Shown here one piece after another: positions 1 through 12,427 of a stretch of DNA of 64,000 nt. The translations under genes were made by a program, and so were the position numbers. The DNA lies in the NCBI GenBank assembly GCA_964016885.1, contig OZ024742.1, positions 313,348,001 through 313,412,000 on the forward strand, read 5' to 3'. The notes beneath the pieces were generated by a model. The model worked only from the letters and a program-made list of their open reading frames with translations. It searched no databases and was not told where the DNA came from. Every line of letters begins with the position of its first letter. The first letter of the stretch is position 1. This DNA is from Eledone cirrhosa (lineage: Eukaryota).

Positions 1-82
1 ACCCTTGTAGCAGTTAATGATGATGCTGCTACGCCAGTCCTTCGGAACAACCCCATTCTGTATGACTTGGTTTACTATCCGG
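1..82 (-). mobile_element. RTE LINE reverse transcriptase fragment
   Basis: Minus strand translates to RIVNQVIQNGVVPKDWRSSIIINCYKG. Confidence 0.75.
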
Positions 83-528
83 TGTATATGTATATAACAT
101 CATTATCATCATCATAATTGTTTAATGTCTATCTTCCATGCTAGCATGGGTTATATTATTATTTTATTTTTATCATTGTGGATTGGCAGTATCGGTAAAG
201 CGCCAGACGCCATGCTTTGCAGTAATAGAGTTATGGCCCTTTGCGTTCTGAGTTCAAATCCTGGCGAGGTTAACTTTGCCTTTCATCCTTATGGGGTCGA
301 TAAAATAAAGTACCAGTAATACACTGGGATAATTGCTGAAGCATTAAGAGCGGTATCAGTAGAGGGTCGGACGCCATGCTTTATTTATGGGGTTGATAAA
401 ATAAAGTACCAGTAATGCACTGGGACAATTGCTGGCCTTGTGCCAAAAGTAGAAACAATTATTATGATTATTATTATTCAACTTTTCCCTGCCCCCAGAA
501 TTGTTGGCCTTGTGCCTGAATAATAAAC

Positions 529-562
<34 letters not shown>

Positions 563-1089
563 GGTGGAGTAGGCAGTGGATTGGCAATATCGGTAGAGCA
601 TCAGACATCATGCTTCATAGCATTTACAGCCTGTTACGATCTGAGTTCAAATCATGCCGAGGTTAACTTTGTCTTTCATCCTTACGGGGTCGATAAAATA
701 AAGCCCCAGTAATGCACTGGGGTCAATTTAATTGAATTTCCCTTCCCCCAAATTGCTGGCCTTGTGCCTATAGTAGATATCATTATTATTATTATCAAGT
801 CCAGGCACCATTGCCTGTAACACAGAAGAACAGAAGATGTCAAAATTACAGGCATTGATTGACCAATTCCTTTTTGTGGCAGTTACCCTCGTGTCCTCCT
901 GTTGCTTCAGTTCCTGGATTGTCTGCCAAAATTGGGAGGAGGGCAACTTTCCTGAAGAAGGAGCACAGTAAAGGGCAATAACTAAAAGGAAATAACTAAT
1001 ACAGCAGACTTTTGCTAGCTGTTCTCTACGACAATGCTTTTGCCATCTTGTCCATGGATGCAATTGAGATATGTTGTCCAGCTAAGAGT

Positions 1090-1930
1090 GGAATACTTGA
1101 CATCTTCCCAATATCTCCCTTCATTTTACTTTTTTATTTTTTTTATTCAGTTTTATTTTTCATCACTATGATAATGTAGATATATTTTAAATATAGATTG
1201 TGATTGTTTTATACATGTCAAAAAAAGGATTCATATCCACCTTGGTAGCCACAACATAGACAACCTTATTACAACTCTTGTTAAAAGTTTTCTGCAAAAT
1301 GTGTGACTTTGAAATAGAATTACATGTCTTCAGTCCAAAATCTTAAAACAATCTAAACATAGTCGGAGTTTCCTCAACACAACTCTGGTACTGTAGATTT
1401 TGACGGAGGATGGAGGATGGAAACTCCACAACCGTGCTGTTAAAAAGGACTGCTCAGGTGGGTGTGGGGATATTCACAAGTCCTCAGCTGTTGGAATGTG
1501 TTATGGACTTGATCCCATTTGGAGAGAGGATTTACTTCTTCAAGCTTAAGCTGAAATAAAAGTCTCTGTGGATGGTGCAAGTTTATGCATCAAACAGGGA
1601 GTCTGAATACAGATTCTTCCTTGATGAAGTCACTGCAGTGTTAGATGTAGTTAAGACTGAATACTGCTTGATCTCCCCATTTTACCTCCTTTTTATTTTT
1701 TATTTAATTTTGTCATTATGATAATATAAATATATTTTAAATATAGATTGTTTTATACATGTACAAAAAGATAATTTTTTACACATTCGGAGCCACAACA
1801 CAAAGATTCTTATTACAACTCTTGTCCATAGTTTTCTGCAAACTGTGCAAACACACTATTCTTAATCTCTGTTGTCTTTGCAATGGAATTACACATCTTC
1901 ATTCAAAAATCTGAAAACAACAATGACATA
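1090..1930. repeat. Diverged direct duplication (~270 bp: 1090-1360 and 1670-1930)
   Basis: Shared ATATTTTAAATATAGATTG..ATTACAACTCTTG..GAATTACA blocks. Confidence 0.75.
1395..1668 (+). mobile_element. LINE APE-endonuclease fragment (RTE-like)
   Basis: Translates to DGGWKL..AQVGVGIFTSPQL..ERI..KLK..MVQVYASN..EY..FLDEV. Confidence 0.7.
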
Positions 1931-4900
1931 TTTAAACCCCCCCCCCCTCCCAAACACACACACACCTTTGGCTATAACTGACCATGTCCATGTGTCTGCA
2001 GTTGGTGTTAAATTTTTCTTCAAGGCACATGTCTGAACCATATTTTTTTTGTGGAAGATAAGAGTTGCCGATACATGTAAACAGGACTGGCCCTAAGAAC
2101 ACAAAAAAATTATGATGGCCTCCAACACCAGCCCTCACCCTATATTCAAAGTCTAAAAAGAATTTTTTTTTTATGACATATTCTTAGTTTGAATGAAATG
2201 ATGCCCCTCTTTCCTTGAAGCCCTAAGTATGTACTAATTTTGCTTAATGGTTAATCCAGCCCTGCATAAAAGTCTCTCGTCTTCACTTTACCAATTTTGA
2301 CCAAGGGAAAGATAAAAGCTGATTCAGCTTAGGCTCCAGTGATGTTACAAACATATACGGAAAGCAAAAGGAGATAAGAGACATGGCAAGACATCACACC
2401 TGATGCTCTAACAATTCAGCCAATCCACAACTCTCAACTGGTATTTTATTTATTGACAATGAAAGGATGAAAGGCAAAGTTGACCTTGGTGGGATATGAT
2501 CTTAGAGAACAGAGAACCGGAACAAATACTATAAATCATTTTAATCCAATGGTCGAATAACTCTGCCAATTCTCCACCAAGATATCCACATATAGAATTA
2601 TTGATCAAACCTTTATTTCAGCTGGTTGCCTTAGTGTCATAGATCTGTTCAAGTAGAACTGATTGGAGCAACTTTTACATCAACAACTTTTACATTAACT
2701 TAATATCAACAACATTTATAATCTAACCTGTCATCATCATCATCATCATCAGAATCATCATCCTTTTTACATCCTTTTTTTCATGCTTGCATGGGTTGGA
2801 CGAATCTTTTCCAGAACAGTTTGCATTCCTTTGTCATCTCCTGTGATGTTCACTGAATATTAAATGATTTCAGCATGAATTAAAAGAGCACACCATCACA
2901 TTTCTATCCAAACTACAAGACTACAACTGGCATCCATAAAACTTTAGAAACCAGTAATTCCAAAACTGTTTTGGTCTTTTGCATTGCTATTTTGGTTTAA
3001 CCACAATTCTTTAGTTTTCTTTACCTTGAAGTATTTACCCAAAGAATCGTTTTTCTCTACTCTTTTCATCACCTATGTTTTATCTACCCCATCCTTACAC
3101 TCTCTCAACACTCTGCACTAACCTCTATATCCAGTCCTTCCTGACAAGACCCCCCTCCCTGCCATGTCTTCCCTATAAGAGTCAACATGCATTAGTTTAA
3201 GTGGAAAATCAACAGCATCAGTTTCACCTGTCTTAGAGAGCCTAGAAAATACATAGGCATTGCCCCTTCTTACAGATATAGCAAACAAAAGAAAGTGGAA
3301 TGAGCAAGCAACATCACAAGTAACTAATAACTAATACAAATGTATCTCAGACATGGATAATAGAATAAATGTTTCTACTTTTGGCACAGGGCCAGCTAAT
3401 ACCCCAGTGCATTACTGGTGCTTATTTTATCGACCCTGTAAGGATGAAAGGCAAAGTTAACCTCAGCGGGATTTGAACTCAGAACGTAAAGAGCCATAAC
3501 TCTATGCTGCAAAGCATGGTGTCTGATACTCTACCGATACTGAGCAATCTACTACTATTTTTTTTAAATAAAAGGTTTGCTTTGAAATTTCAAGAATGTT
3601 ATTGAATATGAGAATCATCTAACAAAGAACAGAGGGACAACAGTTGAAATATTACTATAACAATCTAAATGATGACACTGGTCTGAAAAATATGAGTGTA
3701 GAACAATAGTTTCTGACCCTGGTTCTAATATACAAATCTGCCTGTTTTAAAGTATTCATACACATATTAAAAAGCTTCCATCATAATTTTACATAAAACC
3801 TTTTTGTTGAATTATGTTCCAAACTCCAACTTAATAATGGTTTCTGATTTAGGCACAAGGCCAACAATTTTGGGGAGGGGAAAGTTGATTAAATCAACCC
3901 CAGTGTCTTACCAGTACTTTATTTTATCAACCCTGTAAGGATGAAAGACAAAGCTAATCTCTGCAGGATTTGAACTCAAAACATAAAGGGAGGTTACTCT
4001 AGGCCACAAAGCATGCTGTTCAACATTCTAACAATACTGCCAATCCACTGCCCTAAACAAGTGTATAATGATGAGAATTCCTCATCCCAGAAATTCAAAA
4101 TTGTTTTTCTTTATTGATATTAAACTATGGTCAGCCTTGAATGGACCCACCTTTAGCACATGACTTCCTTGTACTTATCTCGGCCTTTACCTAGAATGGG
4201 TTGAAACAGCTCCAGCTGGTGAATCCACATCATAAAAAAACAGAGCCTCCCCTCCTCATTCCCAGTGATTACAGATGTCCAACATAGATATAGTGGATGT
4301 GCATGGACTAATGGTAAGGGTGTTAGACTTACGATCTTAATGTCTTGGGCTCAATTTCTAAGCTAGATTGCGTGTTGTGTTCTTGAGCAAAACATTTCAT
4401 TTCACGGTGCTCCAGTATACTCAGCTGTAAATGAGTACCAGCAATAGCTGGAGGTTTAACCCTGTGATGGACTGGCATCCTGTCCAGGGGGGAGTCTTGT
4501 ACTCTCAGTCGCTTCATGCCATGAAAGCAGGATAAGCACCGGCCTAACAAGCTTTCTGGCTTAAGACAGACTTTAGATCTTTAGAACATAGATATTGCCA
4601 GTGAGTCATGATTTCAATAGCAGACACCATATATGTGATTATCAGATATTAACTCATGATCTGATTTTCTCATGCTAATCTAGATTTCAGCTGCCCACTT
4701 TGCCATTCATGCCATCATGGGAAAGGCTCTGGCCCATCTGTATCATAGATGAGAATATTGTCTGGTCAATGGAAAGTGTGACCAAACCTTTTAAGTAGGA
4801 GTGACAATGAATTTCGGAAAATGACACAAAATACAACAAGCAAATATAAGTTGTCATGGTCTAAGACCAGAAAGGCTGTATTGATACATCTTGCACATTG

Positions 4901-5359
4901 CTTTCCATGTTTGGCATAGTTTCTAAGGCTGGATGCTCTCCCTTATGTCAATCTCCTTACAGAGTTTACTGGCTGTGCTTTTTGTAACACTTTCAAACTA
5001 TAGAATTTACTGGGCATACTTTTAGTCACACTTTAAAACTACAGAGTTTACTGGCTGTGCTTTTAGTATCACCAACACTGTCACATTAAAGCTATCAGAG
5101 AGGGCAGTAGTCAAACATTTCCATTTCTCTTATTGGCCACTATAAAGAAAAAGGATCGTGTGAACAAGTGCAAACATTTTGATGGTGAGAAATGCTTGCC
5201 ACTGGACACCAGCAGAATAACATATTTTCACCAATGAAATAGACTAGGGTACAATAGGTAGTCAATCAAATAATTAGATGTGATCCACTGAGTTATTGCT
5301 GCTAATATACTATACCCCTATCCAGAAGATGTTATATTTCCCTGGATAATTTCTAGAGT

Positions 5360-5775
5360 AGTTGTTTAGTTGGCTGGTTGTTTAGTTGGGGTTAGATGGT
5401 TGGTTGTTTAGTTGGCTGGTTGGCTGGTTGGTTATTTGGCTGGCTGGTTAGTTGGCTGGTTGGTTAGTTAACTGGTTGTTTGGCAAGCTGGCTAGCTGGT
5501 TCTTTAGTTGGCTAATTGGCTGGATAGTTAGTTAGCTGGTTGGATGGATGGTTGTTTAGTTGGCTGGATGGTTGTTTGGTTGGCTGTCTAGCTGGCTGGC
5601 TGGTTGTTTAGTTGGTTAGCTGGCTAGCTGGCTGGGTGTTTGGTTGGTTGGCTGGATGGTCAGTTGACTGGCTGGTTGGCTGATTGGCTGGCTGGTTGAT
5701 GGATGGTTAGTTGGATGGATGGTTGGCTGGTTGGCTGGTTGAAGGAAAGTTAGTTCGTTGGTTGGCTGGTTGAAT
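5360..5775. repeat. Degenerate (GGTT/GGCT)n tetranucleotide array
   Basis: Visible periodicity. Confidence 0.9.
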
Positions 5776-6596
5776 AGCCATTTACTTGTTAATACAACAT
5801 GTGTATGTATGTACATCCATACATGTATGCCTGTGTGTGCATACATATGTCTTTGTGTGTGTGTGAGTGTAGGTGTGCAAATATATGTACCTGTGTCTGT
5901 GTGTGTCAGTGTGCAGAGGTGTGCATATATGTGTGTGTATGTGGACATGTGATGATAAGTGTTAGAGACAGGCCACTGGCTTGCTGATAGGTGTTTACAT
6001 GGAAGTAAAGGATGGCTGGCTTGATTGGTTAGATGAGATAAGTAAATAGTAATATAAATGTACATCTAGACAGATAGATTAGTGAATACATACATGGTTA
6101 GTTAGATGGATAGATCAATATGGAATAATATATAATATGAGTATGTAAGAAGGATAGTCTTTTAGTCTTTTATTCTTTTACTGGTTTCAATCATTAGCAA
6201 CTATATTGGTGCACCGCGTTGAAAGAGTATTTAGCTTTGCATATTGACTCCAGTACATATTTCTTTCACGTCTGGTACATATTTTATTGATCCTTTTTGT
6301 CGAACTGCTAAGTTATAGAGCATAAACAAACAGGCTTAGGCATGGACAGTAAAAACTTATGATCAATGATATATAGAAAACTGATTAATATTATTAGGAT
6401 AATATCATTATAAACTGTGTATAAGATTTAATATTCAATATTGTTATAAATTGTGGGAGTTAATGTATTTGATGTCTAATACTGGGCAACTAAAACAAAA
6501 ATCTGGTCCCATGTAAGTTTTGCATCAGGATTACTTGGCCTTAGAACTCTCCTATACTTTCTAAAATCTCCAAGGATAGAAGCCATTTTTCTTATT

Positions 6597-6630
6597 ATGA
6601 CAGGCTGAATGAAACTTAAGTACCTGTATA
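6597..6630 (+). ncRNA. Decayed hammerhead ribozyme (stem II deleted), family of 23443-23500
   Basis: ACAGG-CTGA-AT-GAAA-CTTAAG-TA^CCTGT. Downstream sequence is homologous to 23491-23586. Confidence 0.55.
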
Positions 6631-6721
6631 TATCACTACTGTAACTGATTGTACTGAACTCATTCTATTGACTGAGTGCTCTAAACCCTTGATATTTATA
6701 CCAAGTTTGTATTTTTGTTCT

Positions 6722-6776
<55 letters not shown>

Positions 6777-7355
6777 TGCAAACTCTGCAAAGAGCATTGC
6801 AATCGCTTGTCAGATTACAGAAAATGGTGCACTTTTAGGCTACGGCCAGCCACACAAACCTGTAACAGATCCTGAACAAGCAATGCCTGTGCTTTGAAGC
6901 TTTTTTTAAGTGAGGAAAAGCCTTCCACTCGACCAATCCCACTCTCTGAACATCGAAAACACTACCCAAAAAGGAGAACTGGTCCACATCATCGGATGCT
7001 TCTGAAGACGCAGAGTTTTTTTCAGAGTTTCCCACGCTTAGCAAGATGTTGTGACAACAACTGGGGGCCTTTCACTCACAGGTGAAAAAAAACTATTTGG
7101 ATGGCCGTTGACTCTGTTGAGTTCCTCTGCCCTTTGCCAGGTTTTGTATTTCATCCTGCAAGGTGTCCAAATATCACCCTCCTCACCAAGCAAGCTTGGT
7201 GGGTTTGCTGGTTTAGTCACTGATGACCCGACCATGAGACAGGTTTTGTACTGGGTTACATGTTACCAGTAGCACTCGAGAACAACCTGACAAACATATA
7301 TATATATATATATATGTTTGTCAGGTCGCTTTCGAGTGCTACTGGTAACATATAT

Positions 7356-7444
<89 letters not shown>

Positions 7445-7678
7445 ATATATATATATAATATATATATATATATGTAGGAGGTGAGTAATGTTGTAGAACA
7501 ATAAAACTATACATATATCAGATAAGTAGCACTCAACAGTTGGTAGAACTGGAGTATATATAAAGAAGAAATTAAAAGATAGCTAAGGAACATACGTTAA
7601 CGGTTGAAGTTTTCTTTGGATAGTTCAACCGTTAAGGTATGTTCCATGGCTATGTCAAAATTTATAAAACACACTTTG

Positions 7679-7740
7679 TATTTTATCTGATGAAAGCGTA
7701 CCAAAGTTTTTGGTACCCTTGAAATATATATAATAGAATA
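7679..7740 (+). ncRNA. Type I hammerhead ribozyme (minimal, palindromic stem III)
   Basis: TATTTTAT-CTGATGA-[AAG/CTT, C.C, GTACCAAA/TTTGGTAC]-GAAA-TATATA-TA^ATAGAATA. All core nucleotides present, 8-bp stem I. Confidence 0.85.
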
Positions 7741-7918
7741 AATATGGTTTTATAAATATAGTTTCCATTTATTTAATATCATTGTATATTATACTCCATA
7801 AAACTTGTCGAGTGCTCTGAATCAGTTATAAACATTTATATTTGTTGAATTACCAACAAATTGAATATCCCTTCTGCGTATATATAATATATATATATAT
7901 TATATATATATATTATAT

Positions 7919-7950
<32 letters not shown>

Positions 7951-8057
7951 ATATATATATATTATATATATATATAATATATATATATATATAATGTATA
8001 TATATATAATATATATATATAATATATATATATTATATATATATATATATATATATG

Positions 8058-8109
8058 TAAGTATGTATGTATACGTACATACATATATGTATACAGACGT
8101 ACAGTAGTA

Positions 8110-8155
<46 letters not shown>

Positions 8156-8578
8156 CAGGTACACATATATATATGTACGTATCAGTTTAGCGGACGTTTA
8201 TTATAACGCCCGCTTTGTCCGTTTGTAAACAAACGGACAGCCTGATTTATGCCGTACGGTGTTAAGGCAACCACGTCACCTTTTTGTTCAACACTGACAC
8301 AGGAACGATGTACTAGTTTCAAGCTTCTTAGCTATCATCAGCACCGTATACCCTTCTGCCAGATGGTTGAACGTTCGAAAGTATATACTTTCCTTATGAA
8401 AATTAACGGCTGAGCAGCCTAATTTGCATATCGAGTGAGTTCAGTCGGCCAGGCGCACCGAAAACGATAAGTCGAAATAGAATGAAACGAAATTTCATTT
8501 CTCACTCTTAGTACGGCACTTACTTAAATGTATGTATGTATACGTACATACATATATGTATACAGACGTACAGTAGTA

Positions 8579-8624
<46 letters not shown>

Positions 8625-8765
8625 CAGATACACATATATATATGTACGTATCAGTTTAGCGGACGTTTATTATAACGCCCGCTTTGTCCGTTTGTAAACA
8701 AATGGACAGCCTGATTTATGCCGTACTAAGAGTGAGAAATGAAATTTCGTTTTATTCTATTTCAA

Positions 8766-8770
<5 letters not shown>
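8058..8770 (-). mobile_element. Non-coding Penelope-like pseudo-LTR unit (direct repeat plus inverted tail) carrying a hammerhead
   Basis: About 200-bp direct repeat (8060-8256 and 8530-8726). About 8467-8518 is an inverted copy of 8721-8770. Bounded by (TA)n. Confidence 0.7.
8305..8347 (-). ncRNA. Type I hammerhead ribozyme (minimal)
   Basis: Minus strand ACGGTG-CTGATGA-TAGCT aaga AGCTT-GAAA-CTAG-TA^CATCGT. 6-bp stem I. First stem II pair is U.U. Confidence 0.8.
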
Positions 8771-8838
<68 letters not shown>

Positions 8839-9072
8839 TATAATATATATATATATATATCATCATTATTTTACGTTTGCTTTTCCCTGCTTGCAAGGAT
8901 GGGACAGGAACTGATTCTGGGTTGATTTCTACAGCTGGATGCCCTTTCTAACACCAACCTCATTTACAGTGAGTGCTGGGTGCTTTTTTTCCATGGCGCC
9001 TACACGTCCACTTTACAGTGTGGGCTGGGTGCTTTTTTGCCGTGGCACCTCCACGACCACTTTGCAGTGAAA

Positions 9073-9133
<61 letters not shown>

Positions 9134-9361
9134 TTTCAACAATGTCAGTATTCCGTGTGTCATAATTCTCGATTATCATTGGTTCATAGGTTTCAAACGA
9201 CTCTGCCCACCTCAACGACGCCAAACTTAAATTAATATGCATAATGCCAATGAGGGAGTGAGAGGGGAGAGTAAGAAACAGAGAGGCAAAGTGAACGCTG
9301 TAACTATTACCATGTGTGCGTGTGTATGTACGTGCGCGTATGTTTATGTGTGTGAGCGTGC

Positions 9362-9616
9362 ATGCAGCGGTCCACAGAAAGTAAAAGAAATTCGACTTCA
9401 TCAAACAGTGAACTACAGCGGCGACGGCGTGCAGCCAGGAATGAAGAAAAACGGGCCGAACAGCGCCATCGGAACGCCGAACTTCAGAGGCGAAGACGTG
9501 CCGCCATGAATGAAGAGCAGCTGGTTCAACAACGCCAACGAAACACTGGAGCCAAGCAGCGCCGGCGTGCTGCGATGTTTGAAGACGAACTGGCTGAGCA
9601 TCATCTTTTATATTAA
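9362..9616 (+). mobile_element. Probable Helitron RepHel N-terminal repeat fragment
   Basis: Repeats of QRRRRAAxxEE resemble the charged repeats at the N-terminus of animal Helitron proteins. Directly abuts a Helitron-like element. Confidence 0.5.
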
Positions 9617-9619
9617 ATA

Positions 9620-9978
9620 TCTATATCTATATCTACATATAATATAAAAGATTGGAACTTCCATCATCCTTTTGAGAAACGTGGAACAACCACGTCTATG
9701 CAATGGTACACGTTTTACAGTCAGGCAGAAGATGAACCATCTCCTAGAGGTCACTATTCTAGATGGGAGCACCTAGAATTGTTCATATACTATGCACAAA
9801 CGGTACAACGAAGAATCTGGTATATCTGGAAGATACTTTTTACTGTTTTTTGTATCATACAGACACCATGGACTCGCCTTATTCTGTAATCAGACAAACA
9901 TCCAATACAGTCATTTTCTCTTTTACCTGTCTTCTCTTATCATCTGTTTACCCGGGCGAAGATGGGTACGTCAGCTAG
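9620..9978 (+). mobile_element. Non-autonomous Helitron
   Basis: A|TCTATATC... 5' end. Subterminal hairpin TACCC..GGGTA (9949-9968), then CTAG|T. No TSD. Confidence 0.75.
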
Positions 9979-10067
9979 TATATATAATATATATATATAT
10001 ATTGTAATAATAATAAATTTGACGACTAAAACCCAAAGAGAGTTCGATAAGAATAAATATATATCAA

Positions 10068-10936
10068 ATGCATTCTAGCCATCCTGCCAGCATAACCAAG
10101 AACCTGGTAAGAAACGTTTCTTTGGGGCTTTCCCGTCTATCTACAAACGAGCATATTTTCACCGACCATTCCACATATTACAATGAAGCTCTTGCTCGGA
10201 GTGGATTTGTCGATAAGGTAGCATATACAGAGTATGAGCATAGACCTAGGAAAAATAGATCCCGATGCATTATATGGTATAACCCACCATATAATATGGA
10301 GGTGGCCACACCATTAGCTAAGATCTTTCTCTCCCTTATTATGAAGCATTTCCTCCCAGCACATAAATATAATAAAATTTTTAATAGAAATACCATTAAA
10401 ATGTCTTACTCTACAACTCCTAACCTTGCACATAACATCACTGCTTCAAATTTAGCTAAATTACCTAGTCGTAGGAACACGTGCAACCATGTAGCTAGTA
10501 CTAACTGTAATTGTAGGAATCGGGTTGACTGTCCCCTATCTGGGAAATGCCTCTCTAGTAACATTGTCTACAAATGTAAGGTTGAAACACCCACGTCCCG
10601 TAGGGCCTACATAGGGTTAACTGCCAATAGATTCAAGCAGCGTCTTTACATGCATACCCATTCTTTTCTTAACCCTTTAAGAAGGAATATGACGTCACTT
10701 TCATCTGTCTAAAAGACAACCACACCCAATATAGGTTACACTGGGAGATCCTAGCTAAGACTAGATCATATAACGGAAATAAAAGACCATGTGACCTCTG
10801 CGCCGCTGAAGCCCTTGAAATACTCTACGCCAGTGATCACATCTTATACAAGAAATCTGAGGCAATTTCAACTTGTAAACATAAATTGCTCAAAAATTTC
10901 CTGCATTACAGCCCCACATTATACCTTAACGGATAG
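10068..10936 (+). mobile_element. Penelope-like retroelement (Naiad-type), 5'-truncated: RT thumb, Cys-rich linker and GIY-YIG endonuclease, frameshifted near 10708
   Basis: SSHP thumb motif, WYNPP, KIFNRNTIKMSYS, CNCRNRVDCPLSGKC (CxCx5C), NIVY..AYIGLT..FKQR..H. Continues in another frame as LKDNHTQYRLHWEIL..CDLC..E..CKHK to TAG at 10934-10936. Confidence 0.88.
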
Positions 10937-11844
10937 TACGAACTATACGCGGATAATTTATGTCTTGATGTGGTAGCTAAGTATATGTTATGTTTATACC
11001 ATTACTTATTTGTATAGGTTAGTATATATTACCTGTATGTTTTGTGAAGGTACGTATACTTTCTCGTACGTATATTTGCTTGTATTTGTTATAGGCGTAT
11101 ATATTATATTATATATACTGGTACATGTGTATATGGTTATGTGTATATGGTTATGTGTATACATGAGTTTTGCATGTGTGTGTATGCGGGTTTGCACGTA
11201 TGTGGGGTGTGTGTATATGTGTACTTTGTGTTTTGGTTGACGTACGTTTAGCGAACATATGTGTATTTAGATGTAGGTATGTGTGTGCGCGCGTTATATG
11301 CGTATTTATGTGTGTATATTTATATACGTTTATATAATTGTATGTATATGCGCACACACACACACACACACGCATATATATATATATGTTTTATGTGTAT
11401 TTGGTGTATACGTTCGTATGTGTGCGGGTACAGGCGTTGCGTGGGTTTTTGTATGTGTGCGCATGTTTATGTGCACGTGCTTGTATTTGCATAACCATGG
11501 CGGATGTTTTCGAGTATGCACGTTTACGGATGCGTGCATGTATATATTTAATTATTGTTGATTTCAATAACCTCTGTAATTTATGTACATTATTCTTAAC
11601 TCTGAAGCCGAGAATCATTCGGTTTCCTAAATAGAATTTTAGTCTACGACTTCAGTTATACCATAAACGTAGTTTTGTATTTGCGTGTAATTGTTCTCAC
11701 CGCCCTAAATAATGACGTATTATCTTCGTTTTTTCCGTTCTTTGCCAGGGAACGTCTCCACGAACCAAAGTATCGTCTTCCTGTCTTCCTTCGGTTGCAA
11801 CGTTTTTCGAAATTTTACTTCTGCGTTCACAGATTGTTTTTTTT

Positions 11845-11895
11845 AGTTTCAGAAGATCGCGTTAAGGGTGAAAGTAGCGATTCTTTGCTTAAACT
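11845..11895 (+). ncRNA. Possible decayed hammerhead at the 3' end (pseudo-LTR) of the Penelope-like element
   Basis: AGTTT-CAGAAGA-TCGCGTTAAGGGT-GAAA-GTAG..TTGC-TT^AAACT. Core has U-to-A and stem II is weak. Confidence 0.4.
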
Positions 11896-12075
11896 TTAAT
11901 CTGTTATTTTAATAAATATATATATATATAACCAAAGATTAATATGGTTCGTTGATTACTCAATGAATATAATTTTACAATAGATTAAAAGCACTCAACA
12001 TAAAAAAAGTTTTCCTGGAGTTTTTAATATTATTCAAAATATTAACAAATGAAAGATAGTCACATAATCAAAATA

Positions 12076-12148
12076 TATGCTTTATTATATATATTTCAGA
12101 GGTACTGTGTTGTTTTTTTTTCAGTACGTCTTCATCAGATAAAATATA
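12076..12148 (-). ncRNA. Type I hammerhead ribozyme, same family as 7679-7740
   Basis: Minus strand TATATTTTAT-CTGATGA-[AGA/TCT, C.C, GTACTG/CAGTAC]-GAAA-TATATA-TA^ATAAAGCATA. Confidence 0.85.
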
Positions 12149-12427
12149 TGATTTGATATATGACATACCGCTACGGTCTTGATTATTCAATTCCAGTATT
12201 GGCAGTGATTTATTTCATCAAATCTCAATGTTTATATACCACAAATAATATGATAAACTTAAAGAAGAAAAGGACGTAGAGCAAATTAGAAATATGAAAG
12301 AGGATGTAAATAGGAGGAAAGGCAAGAAAAAATAAATAAATACATATATAAATACATACATAAATAGATAAAAGAATGAATGAGTAAAAGAAATATATAA
12401 AAAAGAAAAGAGGAATAACGACAAAAG

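Noticed and set aside
6770-7258. GC-richer coding-like stretch between (TA)n tracts
   Set aside because: Probably a retroelement relic, but I could not assign a convincing protein motif or splice structure.
10480-10810. Possible selenocysteine recoding, as known for some Naiad elements
   Set aside because: Conserved Cys positions use TGT or TGC. The ORF break is a TAA with a frameshift, not an in-frame TGA.
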